Program-made: the position numbers and the translations under genes
In this document: positions 38,009-48,227 of the stretch, one piece after another
Numbering within the stretch: position 1 is the first letter of the stretch
Layout of the letters: each line of letters starts with the position of its first letter
The notes under the pieces: generated by a model
The model's input: only the letters and a program-made list of their open reading frames with translations
The model's database searches: none
Told to the model about the DNA's origin: nothing
Source: Pseudomonadota bacterium
GTDB lineage: Bacteria; Pseudomonadota; Gammaproteobacteria; Burkholderiales; Chitinibacteraceae
Direction of reading: 5' to 3'
DNA: 64,000 nucleotides
NCBI GenBank assembly: GCA_026399755.1
Contig: JAPLQI010000110.1
Span: forward strand, 1,603-65,602

Positions 38009-40834
38009 ATGGCATCGCTTCCGTTTTTTAATTCGCTTCGTACACGGTTAATCGTGGCTAGCACGCTGGTGCAATGTACGATTTTAGCCATCCTTTTACT
38101 CAACACATCGAGAATCTGGTCGGAGATGGCCACCCACGCCACTGAAGTGCGCGTTCAAGAATTATCTCGGCTATTAAATGCGGCCTTTGCAACCCCCTTA
38201 TCCTCAGGCAACCAAGCTCAGGCCGCTGATTTATTAGAAGGAATTCGCACCGCCGAAGGCATTGATTACATTATTTTACTCAATAATAAAAAACAAATTA
38301 TCGCTGCAAGGGGCTGGGATATTGCCCATCCGCTACCCCCAGTAGCTAAATTATCCCTAGAAAACAATCTGCCTACGCTTATCCATGCAGCAACGCCCAT
38401 TGAATTTGCGGGTGAGCCTTATGGCGAATTGCGCTTTGGGATTTCTACAGAGATTATGCGCGGCGGTGTTAACCAACTGCTGATGCAAAATGCCATCACC
38501 ATGGGGGTAGGCATTTTACTTTCAGCCCTAATGATGGGGCTGCTGGGGATGTGGCTCACCCGCCATCTATACCGCCTTATCAAAGCGGCAGAAAATGCGG
38601 CGCATGGCCACTACGACCCCATCGCAAGCAATGATGGCAGCGATGAGATTAGTGAATTAACGCGCCGCTTTAATGAAATGGCCAGCCTAATCAAAAAGCG
38701 CGTCGATTCATTAGTGATGAATGAAGAAAAATTCCACACCATTGCCAACTACACCCATAGCACCGAGCTATGGCTATCCCCGGATGAAGGCAAGCTAGTA
38801 TGGATTAATGATTCGGTGACGCGGCTTTCTGGCTATTCGGTGAATGAATGCATGTTGTTAGGCGATTTTCCGCTATCGCTCACCATGCCGGAAGAACGTG
38901 CCCGCGTCACCGAAACACTCAAACAAGCGCTTGAGCAGCGCAGCGTGATCCAAGATTTTGAATTTAGAGCCGTTCGCCGCGATGGCCAGCCCTTCTGGGC
39001 ATCTGTTTCATGGCAGCCCATATACGACTCGCTCAATAATTACTTAGGCCTGCGAGCCAGTATTCGCAATAACAGCGAATTAAAAGAAGACCGGCTCTCT
39101 TTGCGCAAAGCCGTCATCGAATTACGCCAAATCCAATCCCTAGGGCAAAGCTATTTATCCCGCGCCGAATCAGAACGCGCCCGCCTCACTGCCCTGCTAT
39201 CGGCGATGCGCTTTGGCGTATTGTTTGTGGATAACGAAAACCGTGTGGTTTTCCACAATCCCGCTTTCTGTGATTTATGGGGCCTTGCCCCAAGCAATCA
39301 ACTGCCAGGCAAACCCATAGGCCAGATTCTACAAATCGCAGAAAACCGCCCTGCGCTTGGCGATATTATTGCCAACTACCTCGAAGAGCTGGCGCTATCG
39401 GACGATAAAGTTGATTTTGGCGAACTCAGCATGAACGATGGCCGCATCATTACCCAACATGGTTTTAGGGTATTAGATAGCCAAGGCACGGCCAATGGCC
39501 GCATGTGGATTTACGAAGATGTCACACAGCAACGTGAAATTTCTGCCCATATGATCAAGCTCGCCGAACGGGATGCGCTGACTGGCCTATATAACCGCCA
39601 TCGCTTTCAGCAGGAGCTGGACCGCATGGTGTCTGAGGCCGATCGCAAACAAAGCGCCATGGCCTTGGTGTTCTTTGATCTGGACGAGTTTAAGCACGTC
39701 AACGACACCTTTGGCCACGGCGTAGGTGACGATTTACTCAAAAGCATCGCCAAAACCATAGGCACCCAAGTGCGCCGCCACGAAGTATTTTCACGCCTTG
39801 GCGGTGATGAATTTGCGATTTTAGTGCCCGATTGCAATGAATTTGAAGTCAGCAAACTGGCCGAGCGCATTGTCAGCTCAATCTCGCAGATTCCGTTCAC
39901 GGTAGAAGGCCATGTATTGCGCCCTTCTTCATCGGTAGGCGTGGCCTTGTTTCCTAATCACGCCAGCAACTCGCTAGAGCTAGTTGCCCATGCCGATTCG
40001 GCCATGTATCAAGCCAAATCGGCGGGTAAATCCACTTGGCGTATGTATCGCCAAGACGCCGACCCATCCCGATCGGCCATTACCCGCCTTTCTTGGAAAG
40101 ACCGAATTACCGAGGCATTAGAGAACAATGGTTTAGAGCTGCATTTCCAAGGGATTTACTATCCCAAGACGCGCAAACTAGCCCACTTAGAAGCCTTGGT
40201 GCGGATGAAAGATCCGCAAAAACCAGAGACAATCATCATGCCAGGGATGTTTATTCCCCATGCCGAAAAAACCGGCAAGATTATTGATATTGATCGCTGG
40301 GTGATACGCACCACCATTGAGTTACTCGGCCAAAAAGCCAATATCCCATCGATTGCCATTAACATCTCTGGCCGTTCTTTTGACGAGCCTGATATGCCGG
40401 ATTACATCAGCCAGCAGCTCAAACTCCATAAAGTAAATCCAGCCAGATTATTAGTTGAATTAACCGAAACAGCTGCCGTTTCAGATATTCGCGATGCAGA
40501 GCGCTTTATTGATGCCCTGCGCGCCACCGGCTGCACCGTCTGCCTTGATGACTTTGGTACAGGCTTTGCATCCTTTGCCTATCTAAAACAACTCAAAGCC
40601 GACGTGCTTAAAATTGACGGCTTCTTTATTAAAGACTTAATCAGCGATCACGACAGCCAAGTCTTTGTGCGCGGCATGGTAAGCATGGCGCATGAAATGG
40701 GCAAAACAACCATTGCCGAGTTTGTAGAAAACGAAGCCATTTTTAATATGCTGATCGAGCTGGGAATTGACCAAGTTCAGGGCTATTACCTTGATAAGCC
40801 GATGAAAGATCATCCGGGATTGAATATTATTTAA
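38009..40834 (+). CDS. Membrane HAMP-PAS-PAS-GGDEF-EAL c-di-GMP enzyme
   Basis: RLGGDEF, EALVRM and DDFGTG all intact; start 37985 or 38009. Confidence 0.92.
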   Translation: MASLPFFNSLRTRLIVASTLVQCTILAILLLNTSRIWSEMATHATEVRVQELSRLLNAAFATPLSSGNQAQAADLLEGIRTAEGIDYIILLNNKKQIIAARGWDIAHPLPPVAKLSLENNLPTLIHAATPIEFAGEPYGELRFGISTEIMRGGVNQLLMQNAITMGVGILLSALMMGLLGMWLTRHLYRLIKAAENAAHGHYDPIASNDGSDEISELTRRFNEMASLIKKRVDSLVMNEEKFHTIANYTHSTELWLSPDEGKLVWINDSVTRLSGYSVNECMLLGDFPLSLTMPEERARVTETLKQALEQRSVIQDFEFRAVRRDGQPFWASVSWQPIYDSLNNYLGLRASIRNNSELKEDRLSLRKAVIELRQIQSLGQSYLSRAESERARLTALLSAMRFGVLFVDNENRVVFHNPAFCDLWGLAPSNQLPGKPIGQILQIAENRPALGDIIANYLEELALSDDKVDFGELSMNDGRIITQHGFRVLDSQGTANGRMWIYEDVTQQREISAHMIKLAERDALTGLYNRHRFQQELDRMVSEADRKQSAMALVFFDLDEFKHVNDTFGHGVGDDLLKSIAKTIGTQVRRHEVFSRLGGDEFAILVPDCNEFEVSKLAERIVSSISQIPFTVEGHVLRPSSSVGVALFPNHASNSLELVAHADSAMYQAKSAGKSTWRMYRQDADPSRSAITRLSWKDRITEALENNGLELHFQGIYYPKTRKLAHLEALVRMKDPQKPETIIMPGMFIPHAEKTGKIIDIDRWVIRTTIELLGQKANIPSIAINISGRSFDEPDMPDYISQQLKLHKVNPARLLVELTETAAVSDIRDAERFIDALRATGCTVCLDDFGTGFASFAYLKQLKADVLKIDGFFIKDLISDHDSQVFVRGMVSMAHEMGKTTIAEFVENEAIFNMLIELGIDQVQGYYLDKPMKDHPGLNII

Positions 40835-40844
40835 CTGATGATAT

Positions 40845-40900
40845 AAACCCAAATCTTGAACCACGGAGTTCACAGAGAACACGGAGTTTCACGGAGAAAA
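40845..40900 (+). repeat. CACGGAG 9-mer family repeat
   Basis: Near-identical to 7204-7260. Confidence 0.85.
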
Positions 40901-40983
40901 ACAAGGCTTAAATTAAGTTGTTTTCTAGATTTTAAGTATTTAAAAAAACCAGCTATTAGAATTCGTATCGCAGCTCGTTGCAC

Positions 40984-41185
40984 GGGGCTTAAATTCCCCC
41001 TTGAAACACGCCGGAGTGAGGAACAAGCGGGGCGGGGGATCGCTTGGTAGCGAGGCAGCCGAGCCAATCCCGCCCGCCGCCGACTCGATTGTCCGTAGCG
41101 CAGGGGCCTTCGTGTTTCGTGGGGTAGCCTTCTTTGCTTACTTTCTTGGCGAAGCAAGAAAGTGAGGCCCACGCGGGAGATTCCC
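40984..41185 (+). mobile_element. MITE-like element, copy E (truncated)
   Basis: Core lacking the terminal hairpin, directly followed by copy F. Confidence 0.8.
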
Positions 41186-41490
41186 CATACGCGCTAACCA
41201 AATTGGTTTTCATTAGCAAACAGCGAAAAAGCATAACAACCACTCTCTTTGCATGGGGCTTTTTAAAGTCCCCTTGAAACACGCCGGAGCGAGGAACAAG
41301 CGGGGCGGGGTTTCGGCAAGGGAGCGAGGCACGAGCCAATCCCGCCCGCCGCCGACTCGATTGTCCGCAGCGAAGGAGCCTTCGTGTTTCGTGGGGTCGC
41401 CTTCTTTGGCTTCGTTTCTTGGCGAAGCAAGAAAGGAAGGCCCCGCGGTGGCTACCGCTCCAAAATCAACGTGCCGAAGGCGCTAAAAAG
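41186..41490 (+). mobile_element. MITE-like element, copy F
   Basis: Left terminal repeat CATACGCGCTAACCAAA (41186-41202), linker, full core ending GTGCCGAAGGCGC. Confidence 0.85.
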
Positions 41491-41513
41491 ACTCCCAAAA
41501 AAGGAATAACCCC

Positions 41514-42128
41514 ATGAGCATGACTATCTGGCTAACCTTTATTGCCACTACCTTTTTTATTTCCGCCACGCCCGGCCCTAATATGCTGCTGATGCTATCG
41601 CACGGCACACGTTATGGCTGGCAGGCGACGCTGGCTACCATGAGTGGGGCACTTATAGGATTGGCCTTATTGTTTGCGCTATCGGCCTTTGGCATGGCGA
41701 CTATCCTAGCCACTTCCGCCACGCTGTTTTTGATGTTTAAATTAGCCGGTGCGGTGTATTTAATTTATTTGGGCTGGCAATGTTTTAAAGCGGGGAGCAA
41801 TTTAGAAATGCCCAATTCCTCCGCCGACTCGGCAGCAAGGCGCTTTCGTTTGGGATTAACCGTGGCGCTATCTAATCCCAAGGCGATTTTATTTGCCGGA
41901 GCTTTCTTGCCGCAATTTATCAACACATCGCAACCACAAGCGGGACAATGGGCTATTTTGCTGGGCAGCTTTTTTATCATCGAAGCAGGCTGGCAAGTTG
42001 CCTACGCGGCTGGCGGCGCAAGGCTAGGTAACTGGCTACAAGGCCCGAATCGTATCAAGCGCTTTAACCAAGGCTGCGGCGCGGCTTTCTTTACCGTGGG
42101 TGGATTACTGGCAGTAGCGCAGCGCTGA
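41514..42128 (+). CDS. LysE/RhtB family exporter
   Basis: TPGPNMLL, GAVYLIYLG, LSNPKAILF. Confidence 0.92.
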   Translation: MSMTIWLTFIATTFFISATPGPNMLLMLSHGTRYGWQATLATMSGALIGLALLFALSAFGMATILATSATLFLMFKLAGAVYLIYLGWQCFKAGSNLEMPNSSADSAARRFRLGLTVALSNPKAILFAGAFLPQFINTSQPQAGQWAILLGSFFIIEAGWQVAYAAGGARLGNWLQGPNRIKRFNQGCGAAFFTVGGLLAVAQR

Positions 42129-42130
42129 TT

Positions 42131-42210
42131 GGGAGTCGGGAGTCGGGAAATTTAGCCTCATCCCCAAGCAAAGCAATTATCTACTCCCTACTCACCACTC
42201 CCTACTTCCC
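42131..42210. repeat. Inverted heptamer (GGGAGTC / CTACTCC) short tandem repeats
   Basis: GGGAGTC x2 plus GGGAAAT at 42131-42151; CTACTCC-like x4 at 42181-42210. Confidence 0.7.
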
Positions 42211-42218
42211 CAAAAAAA

Positions 42219-44078
42219 TCAAACCCCGTAGCGCTCGCTCACTACCCGCTCAAAATCGGCAAACATTTGCGCGTCTGATTGCGTGTTGTCTGCCAATAAT
42301 TCAGCTCCGTGCACGATACGAATATGCGCATCCAGATTCTTTAGTGGAGATTCTGGATAAACACGGCTGGCTGCCGCATTAATCTGCGCCTGTGCATCGG
42401 CCCATGCAGCTTCTACGGTTTGATTGCAGGAATCGGCTAAATACTTAGCATTAAATGCTTCACCAGTCAGGCTGATCAAGGTGGCGTTGTGGTTAATGCT
42501 ATTGCCTGTAGACCAGTAATGCTTAGCCAGCAATGGGCCAATTGCTGGGTTATCGGTTAAATAGCCGTATTCACGCTCAAAGAATGCGCGGGTCTGATAA
42601 ACCGCCATATTGGCCAGTAAATAACCATGATAAGCCGCTGCCGATTCCTGATTTAATAGATGAGGAATCGCCAACAACGGCCTCCCTGCCTGCTCAAAGC
42701 CCAAGATTTGCATTTCAAATTTACGGGCCAGCGCCAGAGCATTCTCAGCAGTCAGATCGCTATCACTGAGCAGATACAAGGCGCGCTCAAAATAAGGCAC
42801 CACCAAAATATTGCGCTCATTGAGTGCAGCAAAGGGCTGCGTTTTTTCGATACGCGCTTTAATCAAGGCATCCGGCACGGCCTCGCCAGCGGCGTTTTTT
42901 GCATAGCGTTTTAGCCAATCTGCATCATCGAGCAAGCTATCGCAGAACATCGATTGGGTTTCGGCATAAGCCATCGAAGTCGGTGCGAATTCTTGCGAGA
43001 AACAAGGTGAATTCTGCGTCACATTGGCAAAGTGTGCCGCATGGCCACCTTCATGGAACAGAGTATTAATCGCCCTTGCACCACTGCCCACCTGATCGGG
43101 CTTAGCATCGGCTGTAAAGTTAATCTGCCCCGCTACCCAGCGGCCATCCGCTTCAAAGAAAGATGGAATTGGGCCGTGGCAAAAACCATTTTGATACTTG
43201 CCCTTACGTTCTAGTAAATCCAGCTGCATGGTCGCGCCACGGTAGCTAATACCTAGCTTGCGAAAGCTTTCTACCCAGCGCTCAAGCCCTTTCGCAAAAG
43301 GAAGATAAGGGTCCAGCTGGCGGGCGACATCGCCGCTTACGGTGTAGCGGAAATTCCATGGCAGTAGCGCGTTTTTTCCATGCTGCTGTGCTAGCTCCTG
43401 TAAACCACGCTGATTGGCCTCACGAGTGCGCAGCTCAAAATCATCCAGAATGGCGAATAATTCTTCGACCGACATTTGTTCATTTTTGCGCACTTTATAC
43501 GCAAAATAATCAGGAAAACCCTGAGCGCGAGCAAAGGCATTGCGCTGCTTAACAATGTCTAAAAAGCCGTTTTCCAGCACCCAATGCTCAAGGGCAGCCA
43601 TTGCATCAAAGGAGCTTTTACGCGCATCCTCTGAGGGATTAGTCGCCATATTGGTCGACAACATGCCTTGGGTGGCTTCTTCGCGCTCGCCTTTTTCATT
43701 GATATGCGTTTGCACATAATCGCGCTTTTTAGCAAATAAAGCGGCTTCCTGAGCAATTAACTGGCTCATTAAAGTGCGCGCTTCATCACTATCAATGATA
43801 TTGCTTTCAAAAAGTGCCAACCAGCCTTGCAGGCCATGCTTAAGCTCCGCAGCTTCCTCCGTATCCAAACGCGCTAGCGCATCGCGCACTTCGGCAAGCT
43901 TCACCGGATCAGAAATAAAGTTTTTATAAGCTTCTTCTGCCTTGGCAAAGCCATCATGGTCGTCAGAAACGGCCATATAGGTATCCCAAAACAAATCTTC
44001 TTTGGTTTTATGAATGGCAAGATAATCGCGGTTGAGTGCTACAAATAGCTGACGTGCTGCTTCCAAGATGCTCTCCAA
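42219..44078 (-). CDS. M3-family oligopeptidase
   Basis: HExxH (FHEGGH) plus AETQS; TTG start at 44078 or 44066. Confidence 0.85.
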   Translation of the reverse strand: MESILEAARQLFVALNRDYLAIHKTKEDLFWDTYMAVSDDHDGFAKAEEAYKNFISDPVKLAEVRDALARLDTEEAAELKHGLQGWLALFESNIIDSDEARTLMSQLIAQEAALFAKKRDYVQTHINEKGEREEATQGMLSTNMATNPSEDARKSSFDAMAALEHWVLENGFLDIVKQRNAFARAQGFPDYFAYKVRKNEQMSVEELFAILDDFELRTREANQRGLQELAQQHGKNALLPWNFRYTVSGDVARQLDPYLPFAKGLERWVESFRKLGISYRGATMQLDLLERKGKYQNGFCHGPIPSFFEADGRWVAGQINFTADAKPDQVGSGARAINTLFHEGGHAAHFANVTQNSPCFSQEFAPTSMAYAETQSMFCDSLLDDADWLKRYAKNAAGEAVPDALIKARIEKTQPFAALNERNILVVPYFERALYLLSDSDLTAENALALARKFEMQILGFEQAGRPLLAIPHLLNQESAAAYHGYLLANMAVYQTRAFFEREYGYLTDNPAIGPLLAKHYWSTGNSINHNATLISLTGEAFNAKYLADSCNQTVEAAWADAQAQINAAASRVYPESPLKNLDAHIRIVHGAELLADNTQSDAQMFADFERVVSERYGV

Positions 44079-44191
44079 TGTTTTATATAAGTTGGCTGAT
44101 GCCTTATGCCAAGTAAATTACATGAAGCAGAATAAGTGTGCAAATTTACTATTTTCAACGGCATTTAATTGCAGTCCTTCGCAACACTCTA

Positions 44192-44842
44192 TCATTTTCC
44201 TGCATACAGCCATCGCCCGCGCTTAGCAATATCAGCCAATTTAGTGATGCTTAAATCAACCACTCCGGCTCCATAGCTGCGCGGATTAATCCAAACTGTT
44301 TTCATCCCTAGGCGCTTAGCCGTTTTTAAATTCGCCAAGGTGTCTTCCACCAAAATGCAGCGCCGTGGGTCGAGTTGAAAACGCGCTAATAAGCTGCGAT
44401 AAGCCGCAATCTGCGGCTTGGGAATCAGATCAACATCTTCCACGCTCACCACGCCACTGAAGCAATCGTCTATCCCCAACGCTAGCAGCATGGCGATCGC
44501 GTAATGACGTGGGCCATTGGTAAAGAGCAACTTCTCACCCGGTAAGCTTCGAATCGCCACAGACAGCCCTGGCATCGGGTGAACCACAGTCAATAGCTCG
44601 CTCAAGGGATGTGACATCAGCAAGAAATGCCGTGGATCGATGTGGGTATGGTGACGACGCAAGCCCAATAGGGTGGCACCATAACGCAGCCAGTAATCTT
44701 TGCGTAAAGCCGTTGCAGCCAACTCGCTAAGCTGTAGATGCTGCGATAAATAGCTTGTCATCGCCCGATTAATCACCGGAAAGGCATGCAAATCAGCATT
44801 ATGTAGGGTGTTATCGAGATCAAAAATCCAGACAGGTTTCAT
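44192..44842 (-). CDS. Pyrimidine 5'-nucleotidase-like HAD hydrolase
   Basis: WIFDLDNTL, FTNG, KP, VEDT; start at ATG 44842. Confidence 0.85.
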   Translation of the reverse strand: MKPVWIFDLDNTLHNADLHAFPVINRAMTSYLSQHLQLSELAATALRKDYWLRYGATLLGLRRHHTHIDPRHFLLMSHPLSELLTVVHPMPGLSVAIRSLPGEKLLFTNGPRHYAIAMLLALGIDDCFSGVVSVEDVDLIPKPQIAAYRSLLARFQLDPRRCILVEDTLANLKTAKRLGMKTVWINPRSYGAGVVDLSITKLADIAKRGRWLYAGK

Positions 44843-44894
44843 TATTTTGCGCAAAAAAAAGACCAGCACTGCTGGTCTGTGGATCGTGAATCGC

Positions 44895-45326
44895 TCAGGA
44901 GTGGATATATTGCTCTAGCTGGGCAATCGTAAATTTTTGCTCGTCGATTTTTTCTCGAACTAAATCGCCAATCGACAACACGCCCAGCACTTTATCGCCG
45001 TCTACAACCGGCAAGTGGCGAATACGTTTTTCGCTCATGATGGCCATGCATTCATCAATCGTGGCCGCCGGAGGGACACAGAGTAATTTACGCGTCATGA
45101 TTTCGGAAACCGGAGTTCCGGCCGAAGTTTTACCTAGCAAAATCACTTTTCTTGCGTAATCTCGTTCAGAAAAAATACCTACTAAACGATCTTCTTCCAT
45201 CACGAGCAGCGCACCAATGTTTTTTTCGGCGAGAACTTGTAAGGCTTGATAAACAGAAGCTTGGGGGCTAACTGATAAAATACTATCTATGGCTTTCTCT
45301 GCAAGCAGCTGCTGTGCTGTTTTCAT
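44895..45326 (-). CDS. Tandem CBS domain protein
   Basis: GIFSERDYARK, IRHLPV, SIGDLV; GGAG RBS before ATG 45326. Confidence 0.9.
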   Translation of the reverse strand: MKTAQQLLAEKAIDSILSVSPQASVYQALQVLAEKNIGALLVMEEDRLVGIFSERDYARKVILLGKTSAGTPVSEIMTRKLLCVPPAATIDECMAIMSEKRIRHLPVVDGDKVLGVLSIGDLVREKIDEQKFTIAQLEQYIHS

Positions 45327-45498
45327 GCGGTCATCTCCCGATGGTCTGAGTTTTAACTTTAGTAGGCAAAACGCAACATGCAAGGAAGACGTAGATTACT
45401 TTTCAGAAAAAAACAAGCGCAACAAGCATAAAACCCAGCCCAGTGCTGCTAGAAGGAAACGCTCTCGTAGGCACTCAGGCTGGGTTTATCTGCAAAAC

Positions 45499-46377
<879 letters not shown>

Positions 46378-46506
46378 TTATCCAAAAACAAGATAGGGGT
46401 TGGGCAGAATTCTAACAGTCTCAAGCCTGCTCGCGCTTTATTTTTGACAAAAATAGACAGCATCCCAATAATAAATGAATATTTATTTATTAACTGCAGG
46501 TTCACC

Positions 46507-47142
46507 ATGTTATGCAAACGCTGGGCTCGCCGTAAAGAAGCGCGCCCGCAAGAGATTTTAGAAGCCGCACTCGGGCTATTTGTGAGCAAGGGCTATGCCG
46601 CCACCAAAATGACCGACATTGCCAAGGCAGCTGGGGTGACTTGTGGTACGCCATATATTTATTTTGCGGGCAAGGAGGAGATTTTTGAGGCGGTAATGCG
46701 TGAAATATTATTACCTCAGCTTACTCTTGGCCATGAGTTGCTTGCAAGTTTCCAGGGAAGCTCAGCTGATTTATTACGTATTATGCTAAAAACATGGTGG
46801 CAGGCGATGGGTGAAAACCAATTGTCTGCCTTTCCCAAGTTGATGATTACGGAAGGCAGCAACTTCCCCCAAATTGCGAAAATTTATCAAGAAGAATTTG
46901 TCACCCCTGGTAATAAAATACTGCGCCATATTTTGGAGCGCGGTATCGCCAGCGGCGAATTCAGAGTGGCCGATCTTGATTACGCCATTGAAGTAATTTC
47001 TGCACCAATTATTGTCGCCATGTTAATGAAGCACTCACTAATCAACTGCCTACCTGAAACTTTAGACCCTGAAAGATTCCTCAATACCACACTTGATCTC
47101 CTCCTTAATGGTCTCTTGGCCGCCCCACAGGACAAAGTCTGA
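46507..47142 (+). CDS. TetR-family regulator
   Basis: HTH KGYAATKMTDIAKAAGVTCGTPYIYF; TGATG coupling to the next gene. Confidence 0.9.
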   Translation: MLCKRWARRKEARPQEILEAALGLFVSKGYAATKMTDIAKAAGVTCGTPYIYFAGKEEIFEAVMREILLPQLTLGHELLASFQGSSADLLRIMLKTWWQAMGENQLSAFPKLMITEGSNFPQIAKIYQEEFVTPGNKILRHILERGIASGEFRVADLDYAIEVISAPIIVAMLMKHSLINCLPETLDPERFLNTTLDLLLNGLLAAPQDKV

Positions 47143-48224
47143 TGAACAAAACGACCTCCTTACTGCTGATTTCAGTAGCACTCCTTGCTGCTTGCAAGGA
47201 AGAAGCCAAGCCAGTTGATGAAGCTCGGCCAGTGCGCACTGTGACGCTGGCATCCGGTACAGCCAGCCAGCACGCCGAATTCTCTGGCGAGCTACATGCC
47301 CGCCAAGAAAGCGCCTTAGGCTTTCGTATTCCAGGCAAGTTGATTAGCCGCTTAGTCGATATCGGCGCAGAAGTTAAAACCGGCACGCCACTGGCCCGCA
47401 TCGATGCGCAGGATATGACGCTCAACGCAGCGGCGGCCAAGGCGCAAACAGAATCGGCGCAAAGCCAGCTGGATCAACTCAAGCTTGATCTCTCTCGCTC
47501 ACAAGAATTACTGGCTAAAAAGTTTGTCAGCCAAGCCGAGGTTGATCGCAAGCAAAGCGCCGTGATTTCGGGGCAAAAGCAAGTAACACAAGCCCATGCG
47601 CAGCAGCAGGTGGCACAAAATCAAGCAGGCTATACCACCCTATTTGCCACCAGCGATGGCGTAATCACCGCCACGCTGGCTGAGCCTGGCCAAGTATTAG
47701 CCGCAGGCCAGCCCGTGGTGCAGCTGGCTAAAGCAGGTGAAATTGAAGTTTTTGTTGATTTGCCAGAAGCGCGCAGTGGCGATTTAAAACTCGGCCAAAA
47801 GACTGAAATCAGCTTTTGGGCACTACCAGGCCAAACATTCAGCGGCAAGGTGCGAGAAGTATCCCCAGCAGCCGATCCAGTGAGCCGCACTTACCGCGCT
47901 AAGGTGACCCTCGAAAAGCCCAATACTGAAATCAAGCTGGGGATGAGCGCCACCGTGCGTATTAGTAATACCAGCAGTAGCAACAGCGCCACTTTGCCGC
48001 TTACCGCGATTTACGGCAGCGGCAAGGGGCAGCGCGTCTGGTTGGTCGATAGCAACAAACGCGTTAAGAGTGTGCCCATTACAGCCCAAATTGATATACA
48101 AAATCAGCATGGTGAACAGGTGCAGGTCAGTGGGCTTAAAGCAGGCGATATTGTGGTAACTGCGGGTGTCCATCTTTTACGGGAAGGGCAAGCAGTGAAG
48201 TTACTGCCTGCTCAAGGGGAATAA
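47142..48224 (+). CDS. RND efflux membrane fusion lipoprotein
   Basis: Lipobox LAAC, FRIPGK, ADPVSRTY. Confidence 0.92.
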   Translation: MNKTTSLLLISVALLAACKEEAKPVDEARPVRTVTLASGTASQHAEFSGELHARQESALGFRIPGKLISRLVDIGAEVKTGTPLARIDAQDMTLNAAAAKAQTESAQSQLDQLKLDLSRSQELLAKKFVSQAEVDRKQSAVISGQKQVTQAHAQQQVAQNQAGYTTLFATSDGVITATLAEPGQVLAAGQPVVQLAKAGEIEVFVDLPEARSGDLKLGQKTEISFWALPGQTFSGKVREVSPAADPVSRTYRAKVTLEKPNTEIKLGMSATVRISNTSSSNSATLPLTAIYGSGKGQRVWLVDSNKRVKSVPITAQIDIQNQHGEQVQVSGLKAGDIVVTAGVHLLREGQAVKLLPAQGE

Positions 48225-48227
48225 CGC

